Shown: positions 47,749 through 51,367 of the stretch, piece after piece
How the letters are laid out: every line of letters starts with the position of its first letter
Position numbering within the stretch: the first letter of the stretch is position 1
NCBI RefSeq assembly: GCF_006345805.1
Contig: NW_021834014.1
Coordinates: 1-51,367, forward strand
Length of the DNA: 51,367 bases
Direction: 5' to 3'
Source: Octopus sinensis
Lineage: Eukaryota
The notes under the pieces: generated by a model
Told to the model about the DNA's origin: nothing
The model's database searches: none
Seen by the model: the letters and a program-made list of their open reading frames with translations, nothing else
Made by a program: the position numbers and the translations under genes

Positions 47749-49416
47749 AAAAAATGATCACCACAACAACCCTCTTCTTTTCAGGCACTGAATTACATCC
47801 CTCCTCCCCAAACCTCACCCCACATTACCTTCCCAGTTTTCAAAGTTGGCACTATCAATGTTGGTACACTGAAAGGTAGGTCTAGTGAGATTGTAGAGAT
47901 GGTTGAAAGGAGACGGGTTAATGTATGCTGCATACAAGAGGTAAGATGGAGAGGTGCTTCAGCTAGGGTCCTTACAGGCAAGGCACATAGGTATAAAGTC
48001 TTCTGGCACAGTAACATGGATGGTGTAGGGGATGTAGGCATTCTCCTTGCGGAGAAATAGGTGGATAATGTCATAGAGGTTGTCAGGGTATGCGATAGAG
48101 TGCTTAAGTTCAAGCTATTCCTACAGAATGGCACATCTACGATTATCTCCGCCTATGCCCCAGATGCGGGGCTGCCAAATGATCAGAAGGACCACTTTTA
48201 TGATACCTTTCTACAGGCTACCTCAAAGACGAGTGGCAAGGACCTCATCTTTGTGGCTGGGGACTTTAATGGGCGTGTTGGGTGGCAATCCGGTATCTTC
48301 ACTGGGGTACACAGGGGCCATAGTATTGGTTCCCAAAACGAGGCAGGAACTAGGCTACTGGAGTTCTGTGATGCATGTAACCTTTTAATCTGTAACACTA
48401 ACTTCAGGAAGCCAGACTGTCACCTTATAACCTATCAGTCAGGGGACTCCGCTAGCCAAATAGACTTCATCCTCACCAGACAGCGGGATGCAGGGTTGCT
48501 CTTAAATACAAAGACCCTCCTGGGTGAAGGCTGTACCCTTCAGCATAGGCTAGTCATTAGTGACTTTAGGCTTGAGGCCAGAAGGATGCCAAGAAGCAGA
48601 CCAATCCAGAAAAGAAGGATTTGGAAGCTAAAGAACCCATCACATGGTCAGAGATTTAGGGACATCCTCATGAAGAAATTTGATGAGAGGGAGGAGGAGC
48701 TACAGACGTTGGACATAGAAGGTAGCTGGAAATTCCTACGGGACAGCTTGCTGAGTGCCACAAACCAAGTCTCTGGATGGTGCAAAGTCCCTTCCAGACC
48801 TAGAGTTACGTGGTAGAGGAATAGTACAGTAGACAAAGCCATTAGAAACAGGCCTGGAAAGCCTGGAGAGATGGGGGTAGCAGGGAACTGTACCAGGTAG
48901 TCAGAAGGGAGGCTGGGCGGCAGGTATACATAGACAAGGGTGAAGCAGAAAAGAAGTTTGCCAATGTCCAGCGATGTGAGGACCAAAGAACTGAGGTATT
49001 TCGTATTGCTAGACAGTGTGTGAGAGAAAATTGTGATGTCAGAGGAGAGAAATGTGTCCGCATGGATGATGGTGCACTTGCTTTCAATGTTTCTGAAAAG
49101 AAAAAGGCTTGGAGAAGCTATTATGAAAGACTGCTGAATGTGGAGAATGAATGGGAGAAGGAGAGCCTGCCAAATGTTGACCCAGTAGAGGGACCAGCTA
49201 TCCTAGTAGATAAAGCAATTAAGGGTATGAAGCCAGGAAAACCCCTGGCCTATCAGGAATCACTGCTGAGATGCTTAAGACATCTGGTGGTGTGGGCTAC
49301 GGCCTAGTCACCCGCATTGTAAACCAGGTAGTTCATAATGGAGTCATACCCAATGACTGGCGTAGCAGCACTATAGTCAACTGCTACAAGGGTAAAGGTG
49401 ATGCTCCAGATAGAAA
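47749..49416 (+). mobile_element. RTE LINE 5' part (APE to start of RT), inverted relative to 45991-47747
   Basis: KVGTINVGTLKGR, ISAYAPD, VAGDFNG, SQIDFIL; ends at CYKGKGDAPDR. Confidence 0.93.
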
Positions 49417-49439
49417 AAAGAATATATATATATATATAT

Positions 49440-49828
49440 ATAAATAGATGAGTGTATTTTTACCTTGTTAACAATTAACACGGAAAAATAAATAAATAGT
49501 TACCAGGGCAGCAAAAATTTCACGAGTAAAGATGTTGTAACTCCTTGTTTATAAAGGTTGAAACTTCGTGTTTACGTTGAATATTTTGAATAATATGAAT
49601 AAAAAATGGAGTTAACGCAGGTTTAAACAAGTATTTTTACTTTCAACACATGTTTCGAAAATTCCACTGATACTATTCACCCTCCTGGGTGAAGACTGTA
49701 CCCTTCAGCATAGGCTAGTCATTAGTGACTTTAGGCTTGAGGCCAGAAGGATGCCAAGAAGCAGACCAATCCAGAAAAGAAGGAAAGTAAAAATACTTGT
49801 TTAAACCTGCGTTAACTCCATTTTTTTC

Positions 49829-49830
<2 letters not shown>
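49440..49830. mobile_element. PLE-type element with inverted arms (49601-49644 and 49783-49826) enclosing a captured 106-bp segment
   Basis: 44-bp perfect inverted arms; 49679-49784 duplicates 48514-48619; (TA)n flanks. Confidence 0.8.
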
Positions 49831-49886
<56 letters not shown>

Positions 49887-50280
49887 TATACATACATATA
49901 TATATGTATGACTTTTTCGGAGCTGAGGAGGGAGGACACCCAAAGCCTGGCGAGATGGTGTGAGAGCGATTGCTGTAAGAGTGAGGTAGATCCAGCCATC
50001 CTCGTTAATGGGAACAAACCACGATTTAAAATACTGGAATTCATTGATATGTTCACAATTTGGTAGATAGAAACAAAGAAACCCTTACTATGTATGTATG
50101 TGGATAGGTAGGAATATACGTACATATATGTAAGTAGATACATATACATACAATACATGTGTGTGTGTATCATCATCATCATCATCATTTAACGTCCACT
50201 TTCCATACTGGCAAGAGTTTGACAATTTGACTGAAAACTGGGAAGCCGGGGAGTTGCACTAGGTTCCAATTTGTGTGTGT

Positions 50281-50913
50281 AACATTAGGTCTCACCGAGG
50301 AAATTACCAGAGACCGAGACCTTTGGAAGTATGCTGTGCATGGGAAGACCCGGCATGGCAAGTGAGACCATAACCCATGGCCTCTACCTGGGACATCGCC
50401 AGCCCACTCATGCATACCTTTCCTTCTAGGGACACAAAACTCTACTTGTGAAGACCTGTTGAGGCAAGTGAAAATGAAAAATCAAAATCAAAATCAAAAT
50501 CGAAATCGATCAACATCAATGGATATTGTAGCTGTGATACCAGTGCCGATGGCACATAAGAGAACCATCCGAACGTGGCCGTTCCCAGCGCCGCCCCGAC
50601 TGGCCTCCATGCCGGTGGCATGTAAAAAGCACCATCCGATTGTGGCCGTTGCCAGCCTCGTCTGGTCCCCGTGCCGGTGGCACGTAAAAAGCACCATCCA
50701 ATCGTGGCAGTTTGCCAGCCTTGTCTGGCACCTGTGCAGGTGGCACGTAAAAGCACCCACTCCACTCACGGAGTGGTTGGTGTTAGGAAGGGCATGCAGC
50801 CATAGAAACATTGCCAGATCAGACTGGGCCTGGTGCAGCCTTCTGGCTTCCCAGACCCCAGTTGAACCGTCCAACCGATGCTAGCATGGAAAACTGACGT
50901 TAAACGATGATGA
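50281..50913 (+). mobile_element. 5'-truncated RTE (last codons of the ORF, 3' UTR, tail), abutting an inverted tail fragment at 50169-50275
   Basis: TLGLTEEITRDRDLWKYAV, UTR repeats, aaacgatgatgat. Confidence 0.9.
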
Positions 50914-51367
50914 TATTATATATATACATAAGTGTTTATCAATTTGTTTTGCAAGATTCCTGATGTGAAATCGTGTACGAAAGAGATATTGTTGTATTTT
51001 GGGATGGCCATTTTTTTTTTGTCAAATAAACACACACTCTCTCTATATTTTTTTTCACTCATTTATTACTGCTCTTATTTTATTATTTTAACACATGTCC
51101 ATTGTCCAGAAATCTTTCATCACACATCAGTGACCTCTACAGCGAAATTTTTCGTTTTTGTGTGTGTTCTTACTCCACTTACTCCATTCTGTTCTTCTAA
51201 GATGTGTATCCTAATGTCACAAGGATACATACACACACATATATATATATATATATAACAAAGCATGTGCATAGATGTATTAATGTGTGTGAATGAACGT
51301 GTTATCCTTACTTCGAAAAAAATAAGGGTTAGTATCAGAAAAGGAAAGCTTGGAAAAACGAACTAAA

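Noticed and set aside
44253-51367. Next upstream mannosidase exon (expected IQRVHY-type motif)
   Set aside because: Not found on the minus strand; probably lies beyond the window

Overview
AT-rich, microsatellite-dense eukaryotic genomic DNA, most likely an octopus (inferred from the RTE-LINE/tRNA-SINE repeat content and composition, not proven). The only host gene is a Golgi alpha-mannosidase II (GH38, MAN2A-type) on the minus strand. Six internal exons are present (44066-44252, 33286-33463, 18953-19155, 14004-14186, 740-854, 199-266), all GT-AG and phase-compatible, separated by introns of 0.47-14 kb. The introns are almost entirely transposon-derived: about eight RTE LINE copies, tRNA-SINEs, mariner and maT fragments, two piggyBac-type TTAA elements, several Helitron families and Penelope-like (PLE) remnants. 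Most interesting observations: (1) about ten hammerhead-ribozyme-like folds from several unrelated PLE-type families, mostly in fold-back palindromes, including U4C variants and a candidate with a compensatory G3:C8 swap; (2) a 2.1-kb composite Helitron present twice, bounded exactly by a 5'-TC and a 3'-CTAG from two different families, carrying SINE pieces and that ribozyme as cargo; (3) a PLE inverted arm that starts exactly at the predicted ribozyme cleavage site and is joined to a 106-bp copy of nearby DNA; (4) an RTE with twin-priming-type 5' inversion; (5) a PHD finger embedded inside the RTE reverse transcriptase. All folds and alignments were done by eye; no database searches or folding programs were run, so novelty is unverified.
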